Origin: Octopus vulgaris
Taxonomy: Eukaryota
DNA: 64,000 bases
Direction: 5' to 3'
Assembly: GCA_951406725.2 (NCBI GenBank)
Contig: OX597817.1
Location: 10,354,001 to 10,418,000, forward strand
In this document: positions 39,305 through 52,120 of the stretch, piece after piece
Position numbering within the stretch: position 1 is the first letter of the stretch
Layout of the letters: the number at the start of each line of letters is the position of its first letter
Made by a program: the position numbers and the translations under genes
The notes under the pieces: model-generated
The model's input: only the letters and a program-made list of their open reading frames with translations
What the model was told of the DNA's origin: nothing
Databases searched by the model: none

Positions 39305-40282
39305 ATGGAGCCCACACTCTTGCAAGCATTTAGACCAAGTTTCTAGTCAGGGGATAATTCTCTCTCTTCCCCCAGCCTGGCTCTGAAAAGAAGTCTTAGG
39401 TTTTGTCCATCTTGCTTTGAATAGGCTATTAGAATAAAAGTGAAGTGTTTAGCAAAGGCATCATGCTTGAAAGGCATGCTTTTGTTCCTTCAGTTCTGTG
39501 TGAATTTGTTCACAATGATAGAATCGCTAGAAAATCCAACAAATGATAGTATAGACAAAGTAAACATTTAAAATTAGGGATGTGATAAAATGAATGCAAA
39601 TGTCAATTATTTTCTCCCTTTGGCCCCATTCCCAGTGGTCAAAAATAATAAAACTCAATTCTTCTCAGACTGCAAAAAAGAAAAAAAGATTTCCTTTGAT
39701 TATTTGTCTTCCTTTCAGTCAACACTCAGCCAATGCAAGGATTCTAGTTTTCAGTTTAGATCACACACACACGCACACACACACACACTCACACACACAG
39801 AGTTAAAATATTGTTGTGAACAAACAGGTTCAGATCCCTCCACACAGATGCATACACTGTGAAGGCCCTTTCATCTCTCAATGACCCACAGTTCAGTGGT
39901 AATTAGTAAGAAAGAGGGTATCTGAGTGGAGAAATGTATTGATACAATAATTTTCAAAATTCAGATTTCCAAGAATACAATAAAGATCCTCCATACATTT
40001 TAGTACAGAAAACAGAAAATAGTAAAAAAAAAAAACAAAACAATAAATAAACACTGTAAAGACTGATATTACTTAACAAATGGAATCATGGAAATATCCT
40101 TGGACATCTTTTAGTCTTCATATATTCTCTATATTTTATTTCAAAATGATTTCTGGTCCAAAAAATGAACAAATATTATAATTTCGTGTATGATTTCATG
40201 CAATTTGCTTCCCGAATACAACAGTTTTTTAGAGGAATTTAAAATATTTTTCATATTTTTTCCTGATTCTTTTGTAAACAAG

Positions 40283-40336
40283 GGGACATTATTTTCATGA
40301 TGCATGTCATTACTTTACAATTTTCTTGGGGTTATG
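40283..40336 (+). other. Candidate 54-nt exon: DIIFMMHVITLQFSWGY (phase 1) or GHYFHDACHYFTIFLGL (phase 2)
   Basis: U-rich tract with CAAG acceptor, G|GTAATA donor, length divisible by 3. Confidence 0.2.
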
Positions 40337-40971
40337 GTAATAGCTTTGTGATGTTTTTAATTGCATTATGATTATAAATGCTATTTAGGAAACTGGTATT
40401 TATTTTGTCAAACTTACTCTATTATTTCATTTACTAAACCTACGGCATTTTTTGATCTAGACATTGAAATTATAAACTAATTTATCTAAAAAATTTTATT
40501 TTACATCAGAGCATGTTGAAAATTTAATGTGTAATTTTGGAAAATTGATTTAAGAAAAAAAGTAAAGAAATTGTTTATTTTTATAATTATAGACATTTTA
40601 TTTGATTTCTTTGATTAATTAACTACCCCACAAAAAAGATTTACTCAAGACTAAAAACACGAAATGATAGACATAGCAATCTTAAATTTTACAAAACATT
40701 ATTAATTATTAAAATATGTTGCTTATGAAAGAGAAATTAATGAAGTTTTAAATGATATTTCAAATAATCTATATTTTCTATTTATTAATTTTCAAACTGT
40801 AAATGTTTCTTCTATCAAATTACTGTACCTAAAGAGCAGCAATTTGTTTTCTTATAAGGATTTATAATTCAATAAGTACGTCTAATAAGCATTTACATTT
40901 CTCCCCCCTCTCTCTCTCTCCATACACACACACATATATATATGGAGGATTTGTATAAGTATATACATATG

Positions 40972-41182
40972 CTCTTTTACTCTTTTCAGTCATTTGACTG
41001 CGGCCATGCTGGAGCACCACTTTTAATCGAGCAACTCGACCCCGGTACTTATTCTTTTGTAAGCCCAGTACTTATTCTATCGGTCTCTTTTGCCGAACCA
41101 CTAAGTAACGGGGACATAAACACACCAGCATCGGTTGTCAAGCAATGCTAGGGGAACAAACACAGACACACAAACACACACA

Positions 41183-41217
<35 letters not shown>

Positions 41218-41380
41218 GACGGGCTTCTTTCAGTTTCCATCTACCAAATCCATTCACAAGGCTTTGGTCAGCCCGAGGCTATAGTAGAAGACACTTGCCC
41301 AAGGTGCCACGCAGTGGGACTGGACCTGGAACCATGTGGTTGGTAAACAAGCTACTTACCACACAGCCACTCCTGCGCCT
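40972..41380 (-). mobile_element. SINE family A
   Basis: Reverse-complement full-length match. Confidence 0.92.
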
Positions 41381-41650
41381 ATACTGTATATATGTAAGTA
41401 AGTTTAAATATATATATATACACACTGTATGTATGTTTGTATGTATATATATGTGTGTGATTGGATGGAATTTCTTTTGGTTTCAATGATGAGGATTCAG
41501 TTATTCAATCATCTGAATTAGTATTCCTTCAATTAAAGCGTAATTAGTCGAGCATTGCGCACACACTTTTACCCTTAATTCTCGGGCAGAATCAGTATGA
41601 TAGAGTGTGTGATGAGACTGTACCTTTGAACTACAAACTGTCCAACCCAA

Positions 41651-41923
41651 TCATCATCATCATCGTTTAACGTCCGCTTTCCATGCTAGCATGGGTTGGA
41701 CGGTTCAACTGGGGTCTGGGAAGCCAGAAGGCTGCACCAGGCCCAGTTTGATCTGGCAATATTTCTATGGCTGGATGCCCTTCCTAATGCCAACCACTCC
41801 AAACAGATGGTGCTTTTTACGTGCCCCTGGCATGAGGCCAGTCGGGGCGGTGCTGGCAATGGCCATGAATGGATGGTGCTTTTTATGTGCCACTGGCACT
41901 GGTAACTCAGCTGCAATTTCCAT
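41651..41923 (-). mobile_element. Family D element
   Basis: Match to the family. Confidence 0.9.
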
Positions 41924-42196
41924 TGATTGATTTGGAAAACCATAGTTAAATTATGAAGGGGATGATGCTATCATGGGGTGGGAAAATGTCTAGAACACTG
42001 GTTTAAATTTCTTAGTTTTACTTTCCTGTTTCTTGATTTTAAATCCTGCAGAGGTTAGGTGCATCTTATCTGGGACCAGTTATGAAATTAAAAGGGAGCA
42101 TTTTATTATTGCACTAGCACCACAGAGCTTATCTTTTCCTCTCTACTCTACATTATTTCTATGCATTCAAGGCAAATTTGAGTGAGGGTGTGAATA

Positions 42197-42507
42197 ATAA
42201 ATGTTGCCCTTTTCAAGCCTAACCAGGATCATGGGCCCGGTTTCCCGGTTTCTGTGGCATATATGTTTCCCCTAATTGAACAGGATGCCAGTCCATCACA
42301 GCATTACTCAAGAAACAGGAAGAAAGAGTGAGAGAAAGTTGTGGCGAAAGAGTACAACAGGGGTCGCCACCACCCCCTGCCAGAACCTCTTGGAGCTTTT
42401 AGGTGTTTTTAGTCAATAAACACACACAACGCCCTGTCTGGGAATCGAAGCCATGGTCCTCCGACTGCAAGTCCACTGCCCTAACCACTGGGCCATTGTG
42501 CCTCCAC
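42197..42507 (-). mobile_element. SINE family B subfamily 2
   Basis: Reverse complement of 28330-28640; TSD GGGTGTGAATA. Confidence 0.9.
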
Positions 42508-42793
42508 AAGGGTGTGAATAGAGAATTGATAACTATGAGGATGAAAGAAGCAAGAGTATGAGTGTGATAAGGGAAAAAAGAGTAAAGGAAGTAAAAAGGT
42601 GGTAGAGATGAATAATAGAAGAGACACAGTGATAGACAGTAAGGAGATTGACTTAAAAAGAACTTCACAAGCAGGGGATCGATTCCTTGATACCTCAGCA
42701 AATCATAAATTTACCAAGCATAAATTTTTCAGCATAAGGATACTGAATTACAGATTAAATTTTACTTTTTATAAGTTTGTTATTGTACTGATC

Positions 42794-42848
<55 letters not shown>

Positions 42849-43528
42849 GAGTGAGAGAGCAGTTCATGCCATCAAAGTGACACTGGGGTAAAATATATGA
42901 AGCCCAATATACCCATCATGACTACCCGTCTGATAAGGGTACACTAGGCACATGCATCACAACCATATGTGCGCGACATGGTGATCTTATATCAAGATAA
43001 ACAGCACATGACCTTGCAGGTGGGGCCCAGTTAGAATTTTCTTCAGGTCGAGTAGCCCATCCTGCTCAAAAGATCCCTGAATAAGGGCTGCTTTAGGATG
43101 TTGAACGAAACACCTATGTTTCCAGAGGTGAATTATTCAAACTCCAAAGAATCCCTCTCAACACATGGTTATGATGCTCCCCCACTACTTCTGCTCGTGA
43201 TCAGAGATGCACACATCGTCAGCCACTAAGGGACATGCTCAATTGGTTATGGTCAAACAACTGACAAGCAAATCTGTGGTATTGAGCAAAATATTTGCTG
43301 TAGCCCATCTTTTATACCAAGACAAAACAATGTACATGATAACACTTCCAATCAGTTAAGATCAGAAGCCATGAGAGCCGCTGCCTGGCACTGCATCAGG
43401 GCATTGTACTGCATCAGGGCATGGTACTGCATCAGGGCATGGTACTGCATCAGGGCATGGTACTGCATCAGGGCATGGTACAGCATCAGGGCATGGTACA
43501 GCATCAGGGCATGGTACTGCATCAGGGC

Positions 43529-43531
<3 letters not shown>
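42849..43531. mobile_element. ~550-bp non-coding interspersed element (family G) in (TTA)n, with a terminal 18-bp tandem array
   Basis: Near-identical to 47288-47838; both copies are flanked on both sides by (TTA)n. Confidence 0.88.
43388..43531. repeat. Minisatellite, 8 x 18 bp GTACTGCATCAGGGCATG
   Basis: Counted directly; units 6-7 share a T>A variant. Confidence 0.95.
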
Positions 43532-43725
<194 letters not shown>

Positions 43726-44011
43726 ATTTGATGATTTCTCTGAAAGAGAAGAGTATCAGACCAAATGCCTGAAAGTATATAGTTTCAGTACTGGTGTTAT
43801 TATTAAATATCTTAACACCTAATATCAGTCTGAATCTTCTAATTAGAATGCTCCATATATTAGCATATTGCAATAATTTATAGGAGCAAATAGTACAGAC
43901 AATGTATATCTGAGTTTTTTTTTGTTTTCTTCCATTAATACCTCTTGATATTAAATGGCTTAAAGATATAATGAAATCTAATTTGAGTGAGTATGTCACA
44001 TTTCAAGACAA

Positions 44012-44403
44012 ATCATCATCATCATCATCATCATTGTTTAACGTCCGCTTTCCATGCTAGCATGGGTTGGGCGGTTCAACTGGGGTCTGTGAAGCCAGAA
44101 GGCTGCATCAGACCCAGTCTGATCTGGCAGTGTTTCTACGGCTGGATGCCCATCCTAACGTCCAACCACTCCGTGAGTGTAGTGGGTGCTTTTTACGTGC
44201 CACCCGCACAGGTGCCAGATGGAGCTGGCAAACGGCCATGAACGGATGGTGCTTTTACGTGCCACCGGCACGGGGCCAGGCGAAATTGGCAAACGGCCAC
44301 GAAAGGATGGTGCTTTTACGTGCCACCGGCACGGAGGCCAGTCGGGGCGGCGCTGGCAATGGTTATGATCGGATGGTTCGCTTAACCACAGCTGCAATTT
44401 CCA
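44012..44403 (-). mobile_element. Family D element with ~4 internal tandem units
   Basis: GGTGCTTTTACGTGCCACCGGCAC...GGCAAACGGCCAYGAA repeated. Confidence 0.9.
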
Positions 44404-44764
44404 TTAAAAGAACATGGATGGCTTACTTTATTCATGATCAACTCCACACGTTTTGTTAGCAATCATGTGTCATGCATTTCTGTTTTTCCCCACATCTTAT
44501 TGTGTGTGTGTGTTGTGTGTATGTGTGTGTGTGTCCATGCACATATGCATGCATGTGTGCTCATGTTTGTGGATGACTAATATATAAAATCGTTTAGGAA
44601 GAAACAATCATGAATCTCAATTCACAAATCACTGTGTTACACATGTAAGATTCCCAACTATATTTGTATTTATATCCTGAACTTTGCTCTGATGTAGTTC
44701 TCTCGGTGTTTTGGGGTTTTTCTTTTTCATATTCATAATAAATTTCATTTCTCTCCCTCCCTCC

Positions 44765-44808
<44 letters not shown>

Positions 44809-44810
<2 letters not shown>

Positions 44811-45110
44811 GTTATATAATTAGGGTTCAGTAAAATAATTTACTTTACCACACACCGAACTTTTAGAAATAGCAGCCAAAAAATTTTAGCTATTTCCTCT
44901 ACTATAAGAAAAGTCTCCCAGACAATTGTCTGCTGTTGGCTGCTATTTCTAAAAGTTCGGTGTGTGATAAAGTAAATTACTTTACTGAACCCTAATTATA
45001 TAACGTAATGTTTTAAATATACCGTAAATGGTCTTTTTACATACTGAACACTACTTGGTAAAATTGATAATTAATAATTAATTAATTTTACCATTTTATT
45101 ATTGACAATA
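44809..45110. mobile_element. Fold-back element in (TA)n: ~70-bp inverted arms (44809-44879 / 44936-45006) plus one-sided tail
   Basis: ACGTTATATAATTAGGGTTCAGTAAA.../...TTTACTGAACCCTAATTATATAACGT, near-perfect. Confidence 0.85.
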
Positions 45111-46289
45111 TATATATCATCATCATCTATATGTATATATATGTGTGTGAGTGTGTATATATATATGTGAGTGTGTATATATATATATATATACATATCA
45201 TCGTCATCATTATCATCTATATGTATATATATATATGTGTATATATACACACATACATACATATATCTAATTATATATATATATGCTGATCACTTTTAAT
45301 CTTGCCAAGCCTACAGAGTAAACCATGCTTGCCTTAAAGAAGTTTAATGATACCAAAACAAGTTCATTGCTTTCACTATTTGGCTTTAATGATAAAAGTC
45401 TACTCTAATATGCATTGTGTATATTTGTCTAAAAATTTCAACTAACTGATCTTGTTGGAGTTATGACCCTTGCTTGTATTTCATTTTAGATTTTAAACAC
45501 TCCTGAAAGACGTTTTTATCGACTAATTGCTTGGATGACCTCATATGTTAGACCTATCACAATTGTGCACAAATATTATTTTTTATATCTAACAAATGTA
45601 TGATTTTTTTTCCTTTGTTTTGTAATTGTTCTTGTTATTAATTAATACTAATTATTAATTAAACATTTTATTTATTTATATATCACATACTTTAATTTTG
45701 TTTGAAAATCTGAATGCAAATTTCCTTTTGTTATTAGAGTTTTGTTTCAATTTGGTTTTATGATTTTTGACTTCATGATTTTTAGTTTTATTTGTTTATT
45801 ATGATTTTATTTATTGTCATGTCTGTTTTATTTTGATTTTTTTTTTTTTTTATTTGTCATGTCAGTTTTATTTCAATCATTGTAAATGCTGAAAACTAAA
45901 CCTTAACACCTAATATCACTTTATTTCAGGTTTTTTGATAGCTCCACTCCATCCTTTTCTATATACACTAACTTAACTTCAATAGTTTTGTCTAATCACC
46001 AATGTTAAACAATGCCAATCCTAGTTAGTACATAGATGAGTAGTCACTAAGAAGTTTAGATACTGTGAACAAAAGTTTTAGTCCAGAATCTGGATCATCA
46101 AAATCATTATGGCATCAGAAAGGAATGCCTTGAGGTATTCATCACAGCTCTTTACATTCAGAGTTCAAATTTTATCACGGTCAACTTTACTTTTCATCTC
46201 TCCAGAGTTGATAAATCCAGCTACTGAGGTGATAGTATTGACTAACCCTTCCTCTCAAATTTGCCAACCTTGTGCCTTCATCAAAAGCA

Positions 46290-46385
<96 letters not shown>

Positions 46386-46431
46386 GTTGTTATTATTATT
46401 ATTATTATTATTATTGTTATTATTATTATTA

Positions 46432-46462
<31 letters not shown>
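46290..46462. repeat. (TTA)n microsatellite
   Basis: Direct inspection. Confidence 0.95.
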
Positions 46463-46463
<1 letters not shown>

Positions 46464-46609
46464 TTACTTCTTATAGTTCTAAGTCTTATTTGCTCTAGTT
46501 GATTCTGTGAGAGCAGACAGCAACCTGTTGTCAGAGGTTTCACTGGGGTTCTTTCCACAAACTATAATCTTTGGTACTTGGAAGTTAACTATCATGGAAG
46601 ACATGATAC

Positions 46610-47132
46610 CCAGTGTTAGCTGTTCACTACCAGTGAACTAAGGTAACACCTCTTATTTTTCAAGCACCTTCCAGAGTATTCGAGCGGTTGCAAGCAGTGC
46701 TGTTTTCTGCAAGTGCTCCACCCTTATTGCAGCCTCTATTTGTTCCATGTACTTCTCAAGATTTTTCCTCACTGTTCCCAGGGCTCCGATAATTATTGGT
46801 AACACTACCACCTTTTTGATTAAACACAACTGCTTTACCTCCCAATCTAACCTGTTATACCAATTGACTTTTGTTTCTTCGTTATCACATACCCTGTTGT
46901 CAGCTGGGCATGCTATATCTATGATCCAGCATAGTTTGTTTTCTTTCTCAATTAACACTATGTCTGGCTTCCTATTCTTTATCTCATGGACGCACTGAAT
47001 CATAAAATCCTACAGGATCTTTGCATTATTATTTTTGATGATGCCTTCAGGTTTGTGGTCATACCAATTTTTTTCCCTGTCAAGAGCATACTTGTTGCAA
47101 AGTGCCCAATGGACAAGCCTTGCTATATTGTC
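46610..47132 (-). mobile_element. 5'-truncated R4/Dong-clade non-LTR retrotransposon (restriction-like endonuclease C-terminus), pseudogenised
   Basis: DNIARLVHW...WYDHKPE...KIL*DFMIQ...RKPDIVLIEK...IIDIACPAD...VLPIIIGALGTV...LQKTALLATARIL: PD..D REL motif with an in-frame stop replacing W. Confidence 0.9.
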
Positions 47133-47225
47133 TTATATTCCTTATATTCCTTATAATATAAGAGATGCCATGATCATATATAGTAAGGCTTGTCCATTGG
47201 ACACATAGAAGGATTATTGTTGTTA

Positions 47226-47287
<62 letters not shown>

Positions 47288-47838
47288 GAGTGAGAGAGCA
47301 GTGCATGCCATCAAAGTGACACTGGGGTAAAATATACGAAGCCCAGCATACCCATCATGACTACCCGTCTGATAAGGGTACACCAGGCACATGCATCACA
47401 ACCATATGTGCGCGACATGGTGATCTTATATCAAGATAAACAGCACATGACCTTGCAGGTGGGGCCCAGTTAGAATTTTCTTCAGGTCGAGTAGCCCATC
47501 CTGCTCAAAAGATCCCTGAATAAGGGCTGCTTTAGGATGTTGAACGAAACACCTATGTTTCCAGAGGTGAATTATTCAAACTCCAAAGAATCCCTCTCAA
47601 CACATGGCTATGATGCTCCCCCACTACTTCTGCTCGTGATCAGAGATGCACATATTGTCAGCCACTAAGGGACATGCTCAACTGGTTAAGGTCAAACAAC
47701 TGACAAGCAAATCTGAGGTATTGAGCAGAATATTTGCTGTAGCCCATCTTTTATACCAAGACAAAACAATGTACATGATAACACTTCCAGTCAGTTAAGA
47801 TCAGAAGCCATGAGAGCCGCTGCCTGGTACTGCATCAG
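47288..47838. mobile_element. Family G element, second copy
   Basis: Near-identical to 42849-43399; embedded in (TTA)n. Confidence 0.88.
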
Positions 47839-47845
47839 ATTATTA

Positions 47846-47906
<61 letters not shown>

Positions 47907-48067
47907 CATTATTATTATTATTATTATTATCATTATTATTATTATTATTATTATTATCATTATTATTATTATCATTATTATTATTATTATTATCATTATT
48001 ATTATTATTATTATCATTATTATTATTATTATTATTATTATCATTATTATTATTATCATTATTATCA

Positions 48068-48116
<49 letters not shown>

Positions 48117-48222
48117 TATTATTATCATTATCATTATTATTATCATTATTATTATTATCATCATTATTATTATTATTATTATTATTATCATTATTATTAT
48201 TATTATTATTATCATCATTATT
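47839..48222. repeat. Long compound (TTA/TCA)n microsatellite
   Basis: Direct inspection. Confidence 0.95.
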
Positions 48223-48454
48223 GTCCCTGATGGTTCAGTGGGCCTATTGATACTTTACTACAGTATCAGTATTGCTATGACTGAAACAAATAAATGATAA
48301 AAGTTGAAAGATTACAATTCCCATTTCCTTACCTTCCTTGTAAATCCAAAGAAAATCAACAACCAATATTTTTAGATACTTTTTATGAATGAAAACTGAA
48401 AATATCACTTCCGTTTATCACATTTATTTATTGAGATAACTAAAATATTGATTA

Positions 48455-48489
<35 letters not shown>

Positions 48490-48797
48490 CTAAATATTTT
48501 CATAGTATTAAAATTTCAAACATTCACCTTTCTTTCAAGTAAACAAACAGAAAATTCTTCCATGGAAAATATCTCGCAAAAATAAATTGCAATGATAAGT
48601 ATTTGTTTCTTTAAAACTTAGACATCAATATCCCCAGGAGCTGGAGCTATCAAAGGACTGCTGCTTTGAGATTTCCCATCAAAATCAATACTATCCAATG
48701 GACATTTATATAAATTTTTTTTTTTGTTCTTTATGCTAGTTTTGGTTTTTTAGATTCTAATTCTTTATTTTGTATTTTCTATGATTTGTATATCTAG

Positions 48798-48923
48798 GCA
48801 GGGCTACAGAGGAAGCAATCCCATTGGTGATGTTAAACCACACTGGAAATGATGACACTTTGCCTCCTTGTAATCCACAAAGCGTCTTAGGATTATCCTA
48901 TGTTGATCGTAATAAATTCCCTG
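48798..48923 (+). other. Candidate 126-nt phase 1-1 coding exon: (G)RATEEAIPLVMLNHTGNDDTLPPCNPQSVLGLSYVDRNKFP
   Basis: Long U-rich tract with CTAG acceptor, CTG|GTTAGT donor, only one open frame, GC higher than flanks, not repeated in the window; protein not recognised. Confidence 0.5.
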
Positions 48924-49208
48924 GTTAGTATAAGGGACTTCTCCTGGGCAGACATTTGATTGGTTGAAATGAAAGTGCGATTAGATTATAATAAGATGAT
49001 TAACTGAATTTCTTAGAACACTTTTTTTTTTAGTGTCAAGATTCAAGATTATTTCTTAATAATGGTTATGATTTAATGTTAAATCATATTTTATAGGATT
49101 GTTGAAATCACAAAACTCTAATTATGATGTTATAGAAATAGGATAAATTACATACATACATACATACACATGCATATATACACATATATAGTGTATGTGT
49201 GTGCACGC

Positions 49209-49251
<43 letters not shown>

Positions 49252-49274
49252 CACAAATATATATATATACATAC

Positions 49275-49305
<31 letters not shown>

Positions 49306-49308
49306 GAT

Positions 49309-49351
<43 letters not shown>

Positions 49352-50284
49352 ATGTGTGTGTACGTGTAGTATTCTCTGGGCATTGACTTAAGATTCTCTG
49401 CCTATTTCCCAGACTGCACTTCTCTCAGCTTAACATAAATACAATGATAATGGAGTTAACACACACACCCACATGTATGCAGTCATGCACACAGGTATGC
49501 ATACACACACGTGTGCATGTGCATGCACACATACACATGCATGCATAAACACATACATAACTTTTATGATATATCTATTTTAATCAATATTTCAAGCATT
49601 AAATAACGCTTAGCAGTAAATATCAACAGAAAATGTATATTAATATACTCAAAATTACAATCTTTCTGTGAGTTGGCAAAAACACTAAATGTATTTTATC
49701 CAGACAAGCTTTTAAGAGTTTGGTCAATTTCTGGGTTGATTTCCGACTTACTTTTACTTTTCCTACCACTACCTCAATGGCCAACAAAATAATTATTAAA
49801 TACAAACTACAGTTACTTCATTTAATTAGAGCCATCACTTAACTATAATTCATTTAACTACAGCCATCAGCAAAAATTAACTTCCTTACTAATTCACATA
49901 ATTCAGTCATTAGCATGGCTTTCATCATTATATTCATCATCATTAATTCAATGACCATTTGCGTTTAGACCTGTCTGCTATACAGAATAACACCACTAAT
50001 CTTAATCCTGCATCATCTTAGCTTTGAGGCGAAGAATCCTGAGACGTGTGATTCCATCACTTTTCCCTCAGTCCATCTGCAGCAGTCACTGTCAGTAAAC
50101 TGCTCATTTTAACTCAACCCTCATCGTTAATTTGCATTTTATGCCTATGCTATCATTATCATTAGCTCACTGCCACAGATCAAATATGATCCAATTGTTA
50201 GCCACTCTTTCACATAACATGTATTCCATTTGCAGCCCCGCCTCTCTAATTGCATGTGCTTCAGGAGCCAGTGAGAGAGCCTCA

Positions 50285-50490
50285 ACATGGTTGCTTAACT
50301 TGTTAGAAATAGCTACCAAATATCTCGCACCTTATATCCCACCATCTTAGAAAAAGTCATATTCAATAACATAATCCTATGTTCCCTGCACATAGGAAAT
50401 GTCTCTAAAAAAAGAGATGGGCACGGCTGGAGTGCCTTTGATCATAGGTTTGCTCAATCAGATCTGACTTTGTGCTGAATATGACAACAG
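50285..50490 (+). mobile_element. Short interspersed repeat, family F ((AAC)n tail), diverged
   Basis: TAGAAATAGC...GGCTGGAGTGCCTTTGATCATAGG shared with the 50895, 60635 and 20860 copies. Confidence 0.7.
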
Positions 50491-50584
50491 CAAAACTATT
50501 CTGAGAATTAAAGCTTTGGTGCAGTGAGTCCTACATACTACTTTTTTCTGCAAATAAATTACCCTATGATCCAATAATGTGATT

Positions 50585-50893
50585 GTGGAGGCACATGGCC
50601 TAGTGGTTAGAGCAGTGAACTCACGGTTAAGGGATCGTAGGTTCGAATCTCAGACCGGGCGATGTGTGTGTTTATGAGTGAAACACCAAAGCTCCATGTG
50701 GCTCCGGCAGAAGGTAATGGTGAACTTCTGCTGACTCTTTCGCCACAAAATTCTCTCATTTTTTCCTCCTGCATCTTCCAGCTCACCTGTGAAGGACTGG
50801 TGTCCTACCGAGGTGGGGAACCTGTACGCCAAGGAAACCGGGAAACCGGCCCTTATGAGCCAGACATGGCTCGAGAAGGAACAAAACAACAAT
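50585..50893 (+). mobile_element. SINE family B subfamily 3
   Basis: A box TGGCCTAGTGG, B box GGTTCGAATCT; 15-bp TSD CAATAATGTGATTGT. Confidence 0.92.
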
Positions 50894-50894
50894 A

Positions 50895-51120
50895 ATGTGA
50901 TTGTTTGATCTGCTAGAAGTTAGTGCCAAATTTTCCCCAAATCACACCCTACTTACCTTTAAAAATTGGAAAGCAACACTGGATAATGTAGTATTACAAA
51001 CGCAATGTCTGTAAGGAAAAAAAAAAAATGATGGGATAGGCATGACTGGAATGCCTTTGATCACATGTCTGTGCAGTTAGATATGACCTGGGGTTAAACA
51101 ACAACAACAACAACAACAAT
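50895..51120 (+). mobile_element. Family F repeat
   Basis: GATCTGCTAGAA...AAATCACACCCTAC...GACCTGGGGTTAAACAACAAC. Confidence 0.75.
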
Positions 51121-51890
51121 TGTTCTTGTTTTATCTGAGTAAGCAGTTTAGTGACTGGCATAAAATATTTCCTACTAAGTGTAAACTTACTCTCCTCTAC
51201 CACCACCACCATCACCAGCTCTACTTCAATGTAGCAACCATTTATAACATGGATGTAAAGAGATTTCAATGCCTCTTATTCTTCATTCAAGTCAAAACAA
51301 CAGAATCATCCTACATTTTTCATTTAATGCATCAGTGACTCCATTTTACTGTTTCTTTGTCTGCCATCAGACACACTTTTATATACACATGGAATCCAAA
51401 ACATAACACAGATTTCAATTCATGAATGAAAATAGTTGCTAATTACCAGAATAATTTAGTGATGATGATGATGTTATTCTTTTTTTTTTTTTTCTAATAA
51501 ACAGGATATTCTCAAAATAATCTAAAAGTATAGTATCAGACAATATAGATGATATACTGGAAATATTTATAAATCAGTATAATTATGATTAAATTTTTGA
51601 AAAAAAATTAGTTTTCCAAATCAGATTCTTTATTTCAACCAATCAAATATGCTGTTACTTATCCGTGGTACACTACAGGTTCCCCTTTCAACTACCCTTG
51701 TGCTCCTCAATCTTGCTGCTGCTGCTGAAACTGTTCTATTTCATTAACAGTGTTGATCTTCTTACTCTCTTCCTAAATTTCTCTTGGGCTGTATATACTT
51801 CTGTTTCGCTCTCTTACTTCGAACAATAATTCTTTCTTTTATATGAACCATAAGGTAATTGTTGAGTTATTTATTATTACTGAGCTCTGA

Positions 51891-52120
51891 GTACAGAAAA
51901 CAACACAGCTCCCATGACTTTCGGAAACATTTTTTTCACGCTCAGAGTTGCTGAAGCATGGAATAAACTGCCTGCGTCAGTTGTTGACTGCCATGACACT
52001 GCATCCTTTAAGGCCCTCATGCTTTCCGAAATCCGCCAAAACTACACCTGATTATATATACACTTTAGATAAGTTGTAGTGCACCTGAGCACTGTACACA
52101 ATTATTATTATTATTATTTA
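51891..52120 (+). mobile_element. CR1/L2-group LINE 3' end
   Basis: KQHSSHDFRKHFFTLRVAEAWNKLPASVVDCHDTASFK (FF--RV---WN-LP motif), short 3' UTR and (ATT)n tail. Confidence 0.85.

Noticed and set aside
43388-43531. CRISPR-like array
   Set aside because: No spacers; it is a head-to-tail minisatellite in eukaryotic DNA.
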